Part shown: piece by piece, positions 19,576 to 27,228 of the stretch
Layout: each line of letters starts with the position of its first letter
How positions within the stretch are numbered: position 1 is the stretch's first letter
Source of the DNA: a virus
Reading direction: 5' to 3' (one strand)
IMG/VR virus record: IMGVR_UViG_3300048918_000192
Location: 1-63,913 of that record
DNA: 63,913 nt
The notes under the pieces: generated by a model
What the model was told of the DNA's origin: nothing
Seen by the model: only the letters and a program-made list of their open reading frames with translations
The model's database searches: none
Made by a program: the position numbers and the translations under genes

Positions 19576-20987
19576 TATTCGTTCCCTCCCTCATATTCGA
19601 TTACCTCTGGCAATCCGTTAATTCTGAATGCCGTGCGCCGCATATAGCACGGGCCGCACGTTCCGCAATGCTTGTCGCCAGCGCGATAGCAGCTCCACGT
19701 GAGGTGAAGCGGAGCATCAAGCTCAATACCCGCTGCAACAATCTCATGCTTCATAAGATTGCCGACGGGCATGATGACCTTCAGCTTCTTCCCGTCGCCG
19801 ATCGCAAATGGGAGCAGGTCGTTAAACCGTGCAATGAACTCAGGTTCGTTGTCCGGATAGGCGCCAGCTTCCTCGAGGTTGTTACCGAGGACCAGTGTGT
19901 CGAACCCATTGGCTTCGGCGTAAGCTGTGGCAAGCGATAGCATCACTAAGTTCCGCGCCGGAACCCATTCATAGGCGAACTCAGCGCCAGCTTCCCCTCC
20001 AGCTATGCGGTCGTCGGCACGGAGCAAAGGAGAATCATCTTGCCCATAGATAGCCATGGACTTAAAGACCACATCGACGCCCATAGCTTCAGCTACGTTG
20101 CGGATAGCATCTTGCTCGGGACCTTCAGCCCGGCTACCGTAGCGGAAATGGAGCAGCGTAACGTCGCACCCATTCGCTTTGACGTAGGCTGCCGCAACGA
20201 CGCTGTCCATGCCGCCGCTGCATACCACGAGCGCTCGCTGAGTCACCCTGTCGGGCGTGTCAAGCCTGTGCTTTAGCTCAGGAGTGAACAGCCAACAGCT
20301 ATATGGTTCGAGCATCTGCGGCACAAGGAACGTCGGAAAATAGTCCCGCGAGCTAGCAAAGAAGCATCCGTTAGTCGCTGCGGCGAACCATACAGGTCGA
20401 TAGTTACAGGCAACGAACATTGCGTCCGGATGGTCGTCATGTGTGGCTAGGATAGCGTAGCTGCCCTTGAGCTTAGCGATCTGCATCTGGAAATACTGAC
20501 CACAGCCATAGATGTCGGTTGCTCGGTCCTCGCTCGCAAGTAGCTCCGCGATTGCGGCGCTGTCAACCGTCGTAGGTAGGGCGACGAACTTCCGAGCACA
20601 TGCTTCGCGAAGCTCCCTGTCGTTTGCGATAGTTCCGTTATGAACGATGTTCCACTTGCCGGCGCGATAGGGTTGCTGGTCGAAGTCCCGCTTCGTCTCA
20701 ACATATTCGGTCGTCGGTTCAGCACGAGTATTGCCGATCATGACAGCGCTGTCCATTAACCGGAACGCATCGAAATAGTCGTTGGACTCCGGTCGCGACA
20801 TGCGTTCGGTCGATTTACGTTCGTAGTTCTGACCAGTTGTCTTAGCAGGACTTTCATGAACGTGGAAGCCCCATCCGTCTCGGCCACGTTCGAAGCTAGC
20901 GTTGAAGATATGCTCGAGGACGAAGTTTGCGCCCTTCACGGCGGACGGCGAAGCGCTCCAGATGAGCGCACCAAAGACAGAGCACAT
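19575..20987 (-). CDS. queC: Gat-QueC: class-II glutamine amidotransferase fused to 7-cyano-7-deazaguanine synthase
   Basis: 470 aa. The N-terminal MCSVFG has the Ntn catalytic Cys2. The C-terminal half has the PP-loop VVCSGGMDSVV and the zinc motif CGTCGPCYMR. Confidence 0.8.
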   Translation of the reverse strand: MCSVFGALIWSASPSAVKGANFVLEHIFNASFERGRDGWGFHVHESPAKTTGQNYERKSTERMSRPESNDYFDAFRLMDSAVMIGNTRAEPTTEYVETKRDFDQQPYRAGKWNIVHNGTIANDRELREACARKFVALPTTVDSAAIAELLASEDRATDIYGCGQYFQMQIAKLKGSYAILATHDDHPDAMFVACNYRPVWFAAATNGCFFASSRDYFPTFLVPQMLEPYSCWLFTPELKHRLDTPDRVTQRALVVCSGGMDSVVAAAYVKANGCDVTLLHFRYGSRAEGPEQDAIRNVAEAMGVDVVFKSMAIYGQDDSPLLRADDRIAGGEAGAEFAYEWVPARNLVMLSLATAYAEANGFDTLVLGNNLEEAGAYPDNEPEFIARFNDLLPFAIGDGKKLKVIMPVGNLMKHEIVAAGIELDAPLHLTWSCYRAGDKHCGTCGPCYMRRTAFRINGLPEVIEYEGGNE

Positions 20988-21703
20988 TATTCGACTCCTA
21001 CGACTTTGTGGATCTGGACCTGGAGGATGTAACCGAACAGTAGGCAGGACTTAACCGCCGCTGCGTTGTTCATCCTGTTCTTCTCGACATCCTGGCTGTC
21101 CATCGGTTGGACGTACACAGGTCTGTCCCAACCCTCGGGCGGTCGAGCAACCCAAGGGGACGCCGTGTGTTGGAGAGCTTGAAGCGGTAATCCGTCATCG
21201 AGACCAACATTACCGGCTTCGACAACGTACTTGAGCGCACATGCGCGGAACAGCGCATCAGGATGCACCTTGCCAGTCTTGGGACTGACAACCATGTACA
21301 CGCCAAATCGCTTTGTTGGATCCGTTGCCCACGGCAACCCGCCGATGGGCTGGAGGGTTCCGTTCGATTCGATCTGCACGAAGAAACCGTGCTCGTGAAG
21401 CTGCCAGCACAGTTCACGGATGTCCTGTCGAAACGGTTCGCCGCCTGTGATAACGACCAGTCCTTCCTTGCGGAGTTCCTGCACAGACGACAAAACGGCT
21501 TGCGCCGTCATCGAGGTTCGTTTGGAGGTGTAGTCCGTATCGCAGCCCGGGCATTGTAAGTTGCATCCGGTTAGGCGAACAAAGACACAGGGGAAACCGC
21601 AGAAGGGCCCTTCGCCCTGGATGGTTTCAAAGATGGAGTGAACGTGGAGAAGGCCGTCGGTTCTGAAGGCTCGCTTCTCGATTGGTTGGGTATTGATTGA
21701 CAC
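20987..21703 (-). CDS. queE: 7-carboxy-7-deazaguanine synthase (radical SAM)
   Basis: 238 aa with a GTG start. It has GCNLQCPGCDT (CxxxCxxC) preceded by ETIQGEGPF. Confidence 0.8.
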   Translation of the reverse strand: MSINTQPIEKRAFRTDGLLHVHSIFETIQGEGPFCGFPCVFVRLTGCNLQCPGCDTDYTSKRTSMTAQAVLSSVQELRKEGLVVITGGEPFRQDIRELCWQLHEHGFFVQIESNGTLQPIGGLPWATDPTKRFGVYMVVSPKTGKVHPDALFRACALKYVVEAGNVGLDDGLPLQALQHTASPWVARPPEGWDRPVYVQPMDSQDVEKNRMNNAAAVKSCLLFGYILQVQIHKVVGVE

Positions 21704-21721
21704 TGGTCCTCCGGGAGGTAG

Positions 21722-21751
21722 CTAGGGGCCGCTCCGAAGAACGACCCCTAG
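21722..21751 (-). other. 13-bp GC-rich hairpin with a UUCG tetraloop (minus-strand RNA)
   Basis: The minus-strand RNA reads cuaggggucguuc-UUCG-gagcggccccuag. Two U.G pairs work only on this strand. It lies 24 nt after the stop at 21775 and has no U tract. Confidence 0.6.
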
Positions 21752-21774
21752 CAGGTTTCGGCGGGTATTGGAAG

Positions 21775-22323
21775 TTAGGCGTTCTCGGTCTGCTTGGCAG
21801 TCTGCTTCGCAGCAGCGGCCGCAGCCTTTTCATCCGCCTTCTTCTTTTCGGCAGCCGCCTTCTCCGCGAGCTTGCGCGGGTCTTCGACGCGACCGCTGAT
21901 GCCGAAGAACTTCCGCCAGCGAGCGTACTCGGCGCGGACGTTGGCTTCGTTCAGGCCCTGCGAACGAGCGACTTCCATCGACTCGCCGATCGACGCGGGA
22001 GCGCCGTTCTGCTTGCTGATGTCGTCGAAGATGGCCCACGCCTTGCCGCAGAGACCGTCCGGCTTCGGCCGGCGGATACCGTTCTGCTCCGGCATACGGG
22101 ACGCTTCACGCGCTGCGGCGGCTTCGTCCTTCTTGCGCTGGCGCTCGGCAGCTTCCGCCGCCTTCTTGTCCTCGCGAGCCTTAGCCGCGGCAGCCTTTTC
22201 GGCTTCCTTCTTGGCTTTGGCTTCCGCCTTTTCGGCGTCCTTGCGAGCCTTCTCGTCGGCTTTCGCCTTGTCGGCGGCGGCCTTTTCTGCGGCGATTTCT
22301 TCCGCAGTCTTCTCTTCTGCCAT
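21775..22323 (-). CDS. Lys/Ala-rich (histone-H1-like) protein with a central 'EQNGIRRP' domain
   Basis: 182 aa counted from the ATG 6 nt after GGAG (MAEEK...). KA/E-rich low-complexity arms flank PEQNGIRRPKPDGLCGKAWAIFD...YARWRKFFGISGR. This domain is paralogous to 39374..39778. Confidence 0.6.
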   Translation of the reverse strand: MAEEKTAEEIAAEKAAADKAKADEKARKDAEKAEAKAKKEAEKAAAAKAREDKKAAEAAERQRKKDEAAAAREASRMPEQNGIRRPKPDGLCGKAWAIFDDISKQNGAPASIGESMEVARSQGLNEANVRAEYARWRKFFGISGRVEDPRKLAEKAAAEKKKADEKAAAAAAKQTAKQTENA

Positions 22324-22394
22324 TTTCATCTCCGTTGTCCATGGGCGGACTATAAGGGGGCTAGCACTCCGCCCGTAACAATGCAAGCCCTTAT

Positions 22395-23117
22395 TTATGA
22401 GATACGACTTTTCATCCAGTTACCAAGCTCGTTACTCGAACTCGTGCGCTTGATGCTTTTCTCCGTCTCCAATCTGGCCATCATCTCCTTGCGTAGTGCG
22501 AGGACGACGTCCTTGTCGGTCGGCTTACCAGCCGCTTCCCACATTTCGTCTGCCACGGCCCAAATGGTGGGGCGAACGCTGTTCATGCGCGTAGCGGCGC
22601 TACGGGGCGGCATGGGGCGCGCTGCCGCCGGTGCCGCCGTTGGGGTAGCGCTGCGCACCTTGCGGCGCTGTGGGGCCCGTGTAGCGGCTTCCTGCGCTTC
22701 AATCGCGTTGAGCGGCGCTGTGTGTAAGTGGAACAGGTCTTCCTGCTTGGCTGGCTTGTTCGCTCCGAGCGCATAGGTGTACGCGATACCAGCGTAAAGG
22801 TCGTCTTCAACGGCTGCTACCTGTGCTTCAAGTTCGCTGAGACTTGCGTGAGCAGCTTTGAGCTTCTCCTCGACAAGTGTGGCCAGCATCTCCCTGACCA
22901 CAATATGCTCGGTCCCAGTGATGTCGAGGCCGGTCGTGTTCTTGTACAGCATCCGTAGATCTAACCCCGACATCTTAGCGAGGAAGAACTCACGGTCTGT
23001 ATTCTCTATCGTAACCGAATGACCTGGCATCTCCAGCCAAGCTAGGTGGCGCACCACCTCAGCGTCACGATGCTTGTGGACGAACTGTAGGTCGTCCATA
23101 TTGATGCTAACGTACAT
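22395..23117 (-). CDS. Hypothetical protein; C-terminus distantly resembles the 'EQNGIRRP' family domain
   Basis: 240 aa. The C-terminal RPTIWAVADEMWEAAGKPTDKDVV...NELGNWMKS parallels the C..VW..D...P...V...N..E..WRK pattern. Confidence 0.5.
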   Translation of the reverse strand: MYVSINMDDLQFVHKHRDAEVVRHLAWLEMPGHSVTIENTDREFFLAKMSGLDLRMLYKNTTGLDITGTEHIVVREMLATLVEEKLKAAHASLSELEAQVAAVEDDLYAGIAYTYALGANKPAKQEDLFHLHTAPLNAIEAQEAATRAPQRRKVRSATPTAAPAAARPMPPRSAATRMNSVRPTIWAVADEMWEAAGKPTDKDVVLALRKEMMARLETEKSIKRTSSSNELGNWMKSRIS

Positions 23118-23404
23118 CAGGCAGCTCGCAGAACGATTTGCGTGTTGGACATAGCCTTGAGGCGAGCGAACTCGTCCGGCATGATAAGCGGTTCGGCGCG
23201 CTTGAGAAGTTCTGGCGCGGTGAGCTGCTTCTCCGACAGACCACGAGCAGCGACCGCGAAAGCGTCAATGAGGCACTTCGCTTGATGGGCTTGCGGGTGG
23301 CGCGGACTAAGTGGCACAAACGTCTCGCTTGATGGGAATGAATCGGCTGCCTGAATGCGGATCTGACGAGCCGTACGGCGGATAAGAAAAAAGATCGGTT
23401 CCAT
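23117..23404 (-). CDS. Hypothetical protein
   Basis: 95 aa with TAAGGAG upstream of the ATG at 23404 and a promoter-like element just upstream. Confidence 0.5.
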   Translation of the reverse strand: MEPIFFLIRRTARQIRIQAADSFPSSETFVPLSPRHPQAHQAKCLIDAFAVAARGLSEKQLTAPELLKRAEPLIMPDEFARLKAMSNTQIVLRAA

Positions 23405-23425
23405 TTGACTGCTCCTTACCCGCGC

Positions 23426-23454
23426 ATTGTACTAAAAGGTCTGCTGATATGCAA
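23426..23454 (-). promoter_or_regulatory. Sigma70-like promoter (TTGCAT-N17-TACAAT) on the minus strand
   Basis: The reverse complement of 23449-23454 is TTGCAT and that of 23426-23431 is TACAAT, with a 17-nt spacer. It overlaps a near copy (AACGCTTGCA) of the recurring 10-mer. Confidence 0.55.
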
Positions 23455-23461
23455 GCGTTAT

Positions 23462-25312
23462 TTAGAACGGCACGTCGTCGTCCAGATCCGTGTCGAATGC
23501 CGCTACTCCAGTCGGTGGAGCAACGCGCGAATTGCTTACGCCTCGAACCTCAACGTCGGCAACGAACGGAGCGGAGTTTGGATCTTTGGTTCCGAACGAT
23601 GTTCCATCGTAGCAATAAGCCATAATCTCAGGATACGGTTTTCGATTTGTCCATATACGGAGCTCGGTAGGCATCTTAAGCTCGCTGATTCGAGCGATAG
23701 CTTCGGAGGTGCTAGCCGGTAGGGGCGTTCCTGCTCGTTCCTTCCAGATCTTGGCTGCTTTGCGACCAGCCCAGTCAGCGTGTTCGGGACAGAGGTATTC
23801 GCTCCAGGCTTTATATCCGGAATAGTAGGTAATCTTGACGCTAGGAGGCTTTCCGAGCTTGCGATGCTCGTCAACTGAGATATGGTCAACATGAAATACC
23901 TCCGTGATGGGCATTTCGCCCTTGATAAGGTCGTCGGTGCCGGAGTCCGCTTTGAACTTAACCTCGAACGTGAACTCGTTATCGCATTTCGCTCCGCTCG
24001 GTAGGATACCGTTGCACCATCTAAGGCTCGCGTGGACGTAGCACTCGCACTTCGGGCATTCCTTGACCGGCGCTGTACCTCCACCCTCACCCTTGCGGCG
24101 GGGAAGGACAGGGTCGTTCACAGGTCCGAGTCGTGCTGTGTTGCGGGCGTAGTCAAGCACAAGGCAGTCTTGCTTCGCGCTAGCTGCAATGGATGCAAGC
24201 CTACCGCCAATGTCGCTAAGGTTGAATCCTGGCATGTAGAGCGGTCGCGTACCACGGCCAAGCATCTGAACCCACAGCACAGAGGAAGCGGTTGCGCGAA
24301 GCACAATGATAAGGTCGATGCTAGGGTCGTCGAAGCCTGTGGTTAGCACATTGTTGTTCACGAGAGCAGTTAGCTCACCGCGGCGGAACGCTGCAATGGA
24401 CTCGTCTCGACCTGCTCGCTTGCTATGGACGACACCTGTAGGGACGCCGAACTGGTCGAGCATCTGTCCAATGTGGTCTGCATGGTCCACGCCGGACGCA
24501 AAGACCAGCCACTTACGACGGTTCTGCTCAGCAGCGATATGCATTGCTTCACGAATAGCAGCTTCAGTGATCTCATCTTTATCGAAGAGCTGTTGCATCT
24601 CCCCTTCGATATACTCGCCACCGCGGATATGCAGACTGTCCGTGCTCAACTCGAGCTTAGTCTTGCGCGGCACAAGTGGAAGCAGATACCCTTCAGCAAT
24701 GAGACGGTTGAATGCGTCCATCGTTGTGATGTCAAAGCAGACGTCTGTGAACAGCGGTGGAATCTCGTTCCCCTTGCTGTCGACCGATGGATCTGTAAGG
24801 TGACCGTGGCCGAGCCGCCAAGGGGTTGCAGTGAAGCCAACCACCTTCAGCAGCGGGTTCCGTGACCTCAGGCCGTTAAGAAACGAACGGTACATTGTCT
24901 GATCGTTAGGACTGAGCAAGTGTGCTTCGTCGATAAGCACAAGGTCAATATGACCGAACAGCGCCCACTTTTTCCAGACCGATTGTATGCCCGCAAAGGT
25001 GATAGGGCACATATGATTCTTTTCGCCGAGCCCTGCACTATAGATGCCAGCAGGACAGAACGGCCACAGAGCTAGAAGTTTCTCATAGTTCTGTTGGATG
25101 AGCTCCTTAACATGGGTTAGGAGCATGATTCGTTGCTGCGGATACGGTATATAGACCGACTGTAAGAACCGAGCGATGACCACACTCTTGCCCGTGCCAG
25201 TCGGCATCGCAATTAGCGGGTTTCCGCTTGCTCCTCGGAAGTAGTCCCAAATGGAGTTAACGGCTTCTGTCTGATAAGGGCGGTCTTGAAATCCGCCTAA
25301 CGGCACAGACAT
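23462..25312 (-). CDS. SF2 DEAH-box DNA helicase with a C-terminal zinc ribbon
   Basis: Walker A is MPTGTGKSV and the DEAH box is LIDEAHLL. The C-terminus has CPKCECYV...CDNEF. The start is set at the internal ATG that forms TAATG with the upstream stop. Confidence 0.75.
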   Translation of the reverse strand: MSVPLGGFQDRPYQTEAVNSIWDYFRGASGNPLIAMPTGTGKSVVIARFLQSVYIPYPQQRIMLLTHVKELIQQNYEKLLALWPFCPAGIYSAGLGEKNHMCPITFAGIQSVWKKWALFGHIDLVLIDEAHLLSPNDQTMYRSFLNGLRSRNPLLKVVGFTATPWRLGHGHLTDPSVDSKGNEIPPLFTDVCFDITTMDAFNRLIAEGYLLPLVPRKTKLELSTDSLHIRGGEYIEGEMQQLFDKDEITEAAIREAMHIAAEQNRRKWLVFASGVDHADHIGQMLDQFGVPTGVVHSKRAGRDESIAAFRRGELTALVNNNVLTTGFDDPSIDLIIVLRATASSVLWVQMLGRGTRPLYMPGFNLSDIGGRLASIAASAKQDCLVLDYARNTARLGPVNDPVLPRRKGEGGGTAPVKECPKCECYVHASLRWCNGILPSGAKCDNEFTFEVKFKADSGTDDLIKGEMPITEVFHVDHISVDEHRKLGKPPSVKITYYSGYKAWSEYLCPEHADWAGRKAAKIWKERAGTPLPASTSEAIARISELKMPTELRIWTNRKPYPEIMAYCYDGTSFGTKDPNSAPFVADVEVRGVSNSRVAPPTGVAAFDTDLDDDVPF

Positions 25313-26265
25313 TAGAAGTCGTCCGCTACTTTCCAGTCGGGACAAGCGACCTGTTGTTTCTCACGTGTCAATTCCATGTTGTGCTTATTGCATACCCAAG
25401 CGGCATTCGCAACAGGCTTGCTGAATTGACAGGTGCGACAGTTGATGGCAGGGGTTGCCCGCAAGTGGCAGACCGGACGATGGTCGCAGAAGCGGCACAA
25501 GAAGAAGCCAGGGCTTGGATTAATCTTGGTGGGCGCTGCTTCTAGCCATACCAGCTTGTCACCGCGGTCAATGAACTGATCTGCTATCTCAGGGTTGAGC
25601 GTTATCAGCTCCATGTACTGGTCGTCTGTGTTCTTGTTGACGGCAACGTACAGCGCCATCGTGTAGCCCATCTTACGCATGTAGATTTGCATCTGAACGT
25701 AGTGCTCGGGCTTAGCTGCTTTTACTCCTTTGCCTGTGAAGGAACCTTCTCCGCGAACGTAAGCTCGCCATTCAGGTAGCTTGCCAGCAAGTTCGACAAA
25801 TGACTTCTCCCCATGCGTCTTGCACTCAAGAACAAGACAGATCTCGGGGACATCAGGGATGCCAAGCGCCAACCCGTCTCCCGATCCACCAGCATGACCT
25901 TCGGCCCAAGAGATTTTGAACTGTTTGCCATTTGCATCCTGCTGCCAGACCTGCGCACCTATCATTAGAAGCTGCGCAATGATACGCCCTTCTTCGAGGT
26001 GCCCACGGTTAAAGAGACGGAGCAGACGACCGTCGAAATTGCTCTTGGTCGCCCAACGAAAGTTGTACCAGATAGAACGAGCGCACTCGCTACCCATCAG
26101 AGACGCGCCCATGTGCCCGCGGAAGCTCTCCTCTTCGGACCGATATGCGTCGCCGATGTGTGGTAACACACGCCCAAGCCATCCTCGGAACGAGGCGCCC
26201 TGATCAGCTTGTATCATGCTGTCAATCGCGCGCATCGTTTGAAGCGCGTGTGTTAGATGACCCAC
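25312..26265 (-). CDS. PD-(D/E)XK nuclease, Cas4/RecB-like with a Cys cluster
   Basis: 317 aa with a GTG start after GGAG. It has GSECARSIWY, LVLECKTHG (ExK), YVQMQIY and a C-terminal CRFCDHRPVC...CRTCQF. Confidence 0.65.
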   Translation of the reverse strand: MGHLTHALQTMRAIDSMIQADQGASFRGWLGRVLPHIGDAYRSEEESFRGHMGASLMGSECARSIWYNFRWATKSNFDGRLLRLFNRGHLEEGRIIAQLLMIGAQVWQQDANGKQFKISWAEGHAGGSGDGLALGIPDVPEICLVLECKTHGEKSFVELAGKLPEWRAYVRGEGSFTGKGVKAAKPEHYVQMQIYMRKMGYTMALYVAVNKNTDDQYMELITLNPEIADQFIDRGDKLVWLEAAPTKINPSPGFFLCRFCDHRPVCHLRATPAINCRTCQFSKPVANAAWVCNKHNMELTREKQQVACPDWKVADDF

Positions 26266-26336
26266 TTAAGAACTCCGGCTGCTGGTAGAGGGGTGAGCGT
26301 GGCCGCCCATAATGGATTACGACACCCCTCAACGAG

Positions 26337-26360
26337 CAGCCGGACCCGAAGGCCCGGCTG
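26337..26360 (-). other. GC-rich hairpin with a UUCG tetraloop after the SSB gene
   Basis: The minus-strand RNA reads cagccgggcc-UUCG-gguccggcug. It has one G.U pair and lies 5 nt after the stop. There is no U tract. Confidence 0.55.
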
Positions 26361-26364
26361 TAGT

Positions 26365-27225
26365 TCAGCCTTGCGGCTGTCCCTGATTCGCCCAGGGCGG
26401 CGGCTGCTGTTGAGCCTGAGTCGCGGCAGCGGCGTGAGGGTCGGGTTGACCCTGCGGCTGCTGCTGAGGCTGCGGCTGCGGCTGTGCTTGGCCCCCGTTC
26501 CACGGCTGCGGCTGACCTTGCGGTTGAGGCTGCGGCTGTGTCTGGAACGGATGCTGCTCCTGCGGCTGCGGCTGAGGTGCCGTCGCCATTGGAGGTTGCG
26601 CCCACGGTTGCGGCTGAGGCTGCGCTTCCGGCTGCGGAGCAAACTGAGGCTGAGCCTGAGGTTGCGGTTGCGGCTGGAACTGTTGCGGCTGTGGCTGCGG
26701 CGTCGGCTGAGGTTGGAACTGCTGCGGCTGCGGCTGTGGAGCGAATCCAGGCTGCTGCTGCGGAGGAGCGAACCCCTGCGGAACCGGAGGAGCACCAGCG
26801 CCCTGACCGCCACCCGAGGTGTCGACCTGTTCGTTGATGTTCTTGTACGAGATGATCTCGTTCTGGTCCTCGTAGTTGTCGTCGCCCTTGCGGATCTTGA
26901 CCTTCACCTTCAACGGGATGCCGTGAAGCTGCTGCGAGTCTGCGATGTGCAGAACGCCGACCGCGTGACCGATCGCCGACAGCTGACGGAGAGCGATCTC
27001 CTGCGCTTGGGCGTTGGCGTTGCGGATGTTAAGCCGTGTGAACAGCTTGCGACCCTTGTACTGGCCGTCGAGGATGTTGAAACGCGCTTGGAGATACGTC
27101 CCGTGGCCGTCCTTGGTCGGCTTGAGATCGGACTCGTCCATCATCACGTTGTACCATCCCGCCGGAACCGTATCGAATCCGGTATCCGGTTCGACTTGGG
27201 TCGCGTCGAAATTCAGTTGTGCCAT
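26365..27225 (-). CDS. DUF669-type single-stranded DNA-binding protein with a long Pro/Gln-rich tail
   Basis: 286 aa. The N-terminal 135 aa (LNFDATQVEP...VPAGWYNVMMDES...GQYKGRKLF) fits the DUF669 pattern. It is next to a Sak4-like ATPase, which is a typical recombination module. Confidence 0.65.
   Translation of the reverse strand: MAQLNFDATQVEPDTGFDTVPAGWYNVMMDESDLKPTKDGHGTYLQARFNILDGQYKGRKLFTRLNIRNANAQAQEIALRQLSAIGHAVGVLHIADSQQLHGIPLKVKVKIRKGDDNYEDQNEIISYKNINEQVDTSGGGQGAGAPPVPQGFAPPQQQPGFAPQPQPQQFQPQPTPQPQPQQFQPQPQPQAQPQFAPQPEAQPQPQPWAQPPMATAPQPQPQEQHPFQTQPQPQPQGQPQPWNGGQAQPQPQPQQQPQGQPDPHAAAATQAQQQPPPWANQGQPQG
26368..26817 (-). repeat. Imperfect (CAGCCG)n-type low-complexity repeat encoding (QP)n
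   Basis: About 450 nt dominated by ctgcggctg units on the plus strand. It encodes about 150 aa of QPQPQ... All six frames are open here. Confidence 0.85.
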
Positions 27226-27228
27226 ATG

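Noticed and set aside
21697-22776. 359-aa plus-strand ORF, the longest unexplained ORF in the track
   Set aside because: It lies entirely antisense to the Lys/Ala-rich gene and to 22395..23117. Its Leu/Arg/Ser/Ala-rich sequence is the mirror image of low-complexity GC-rich coding DNA. It has no RBS, and it would face into the oppositely oriented operon.
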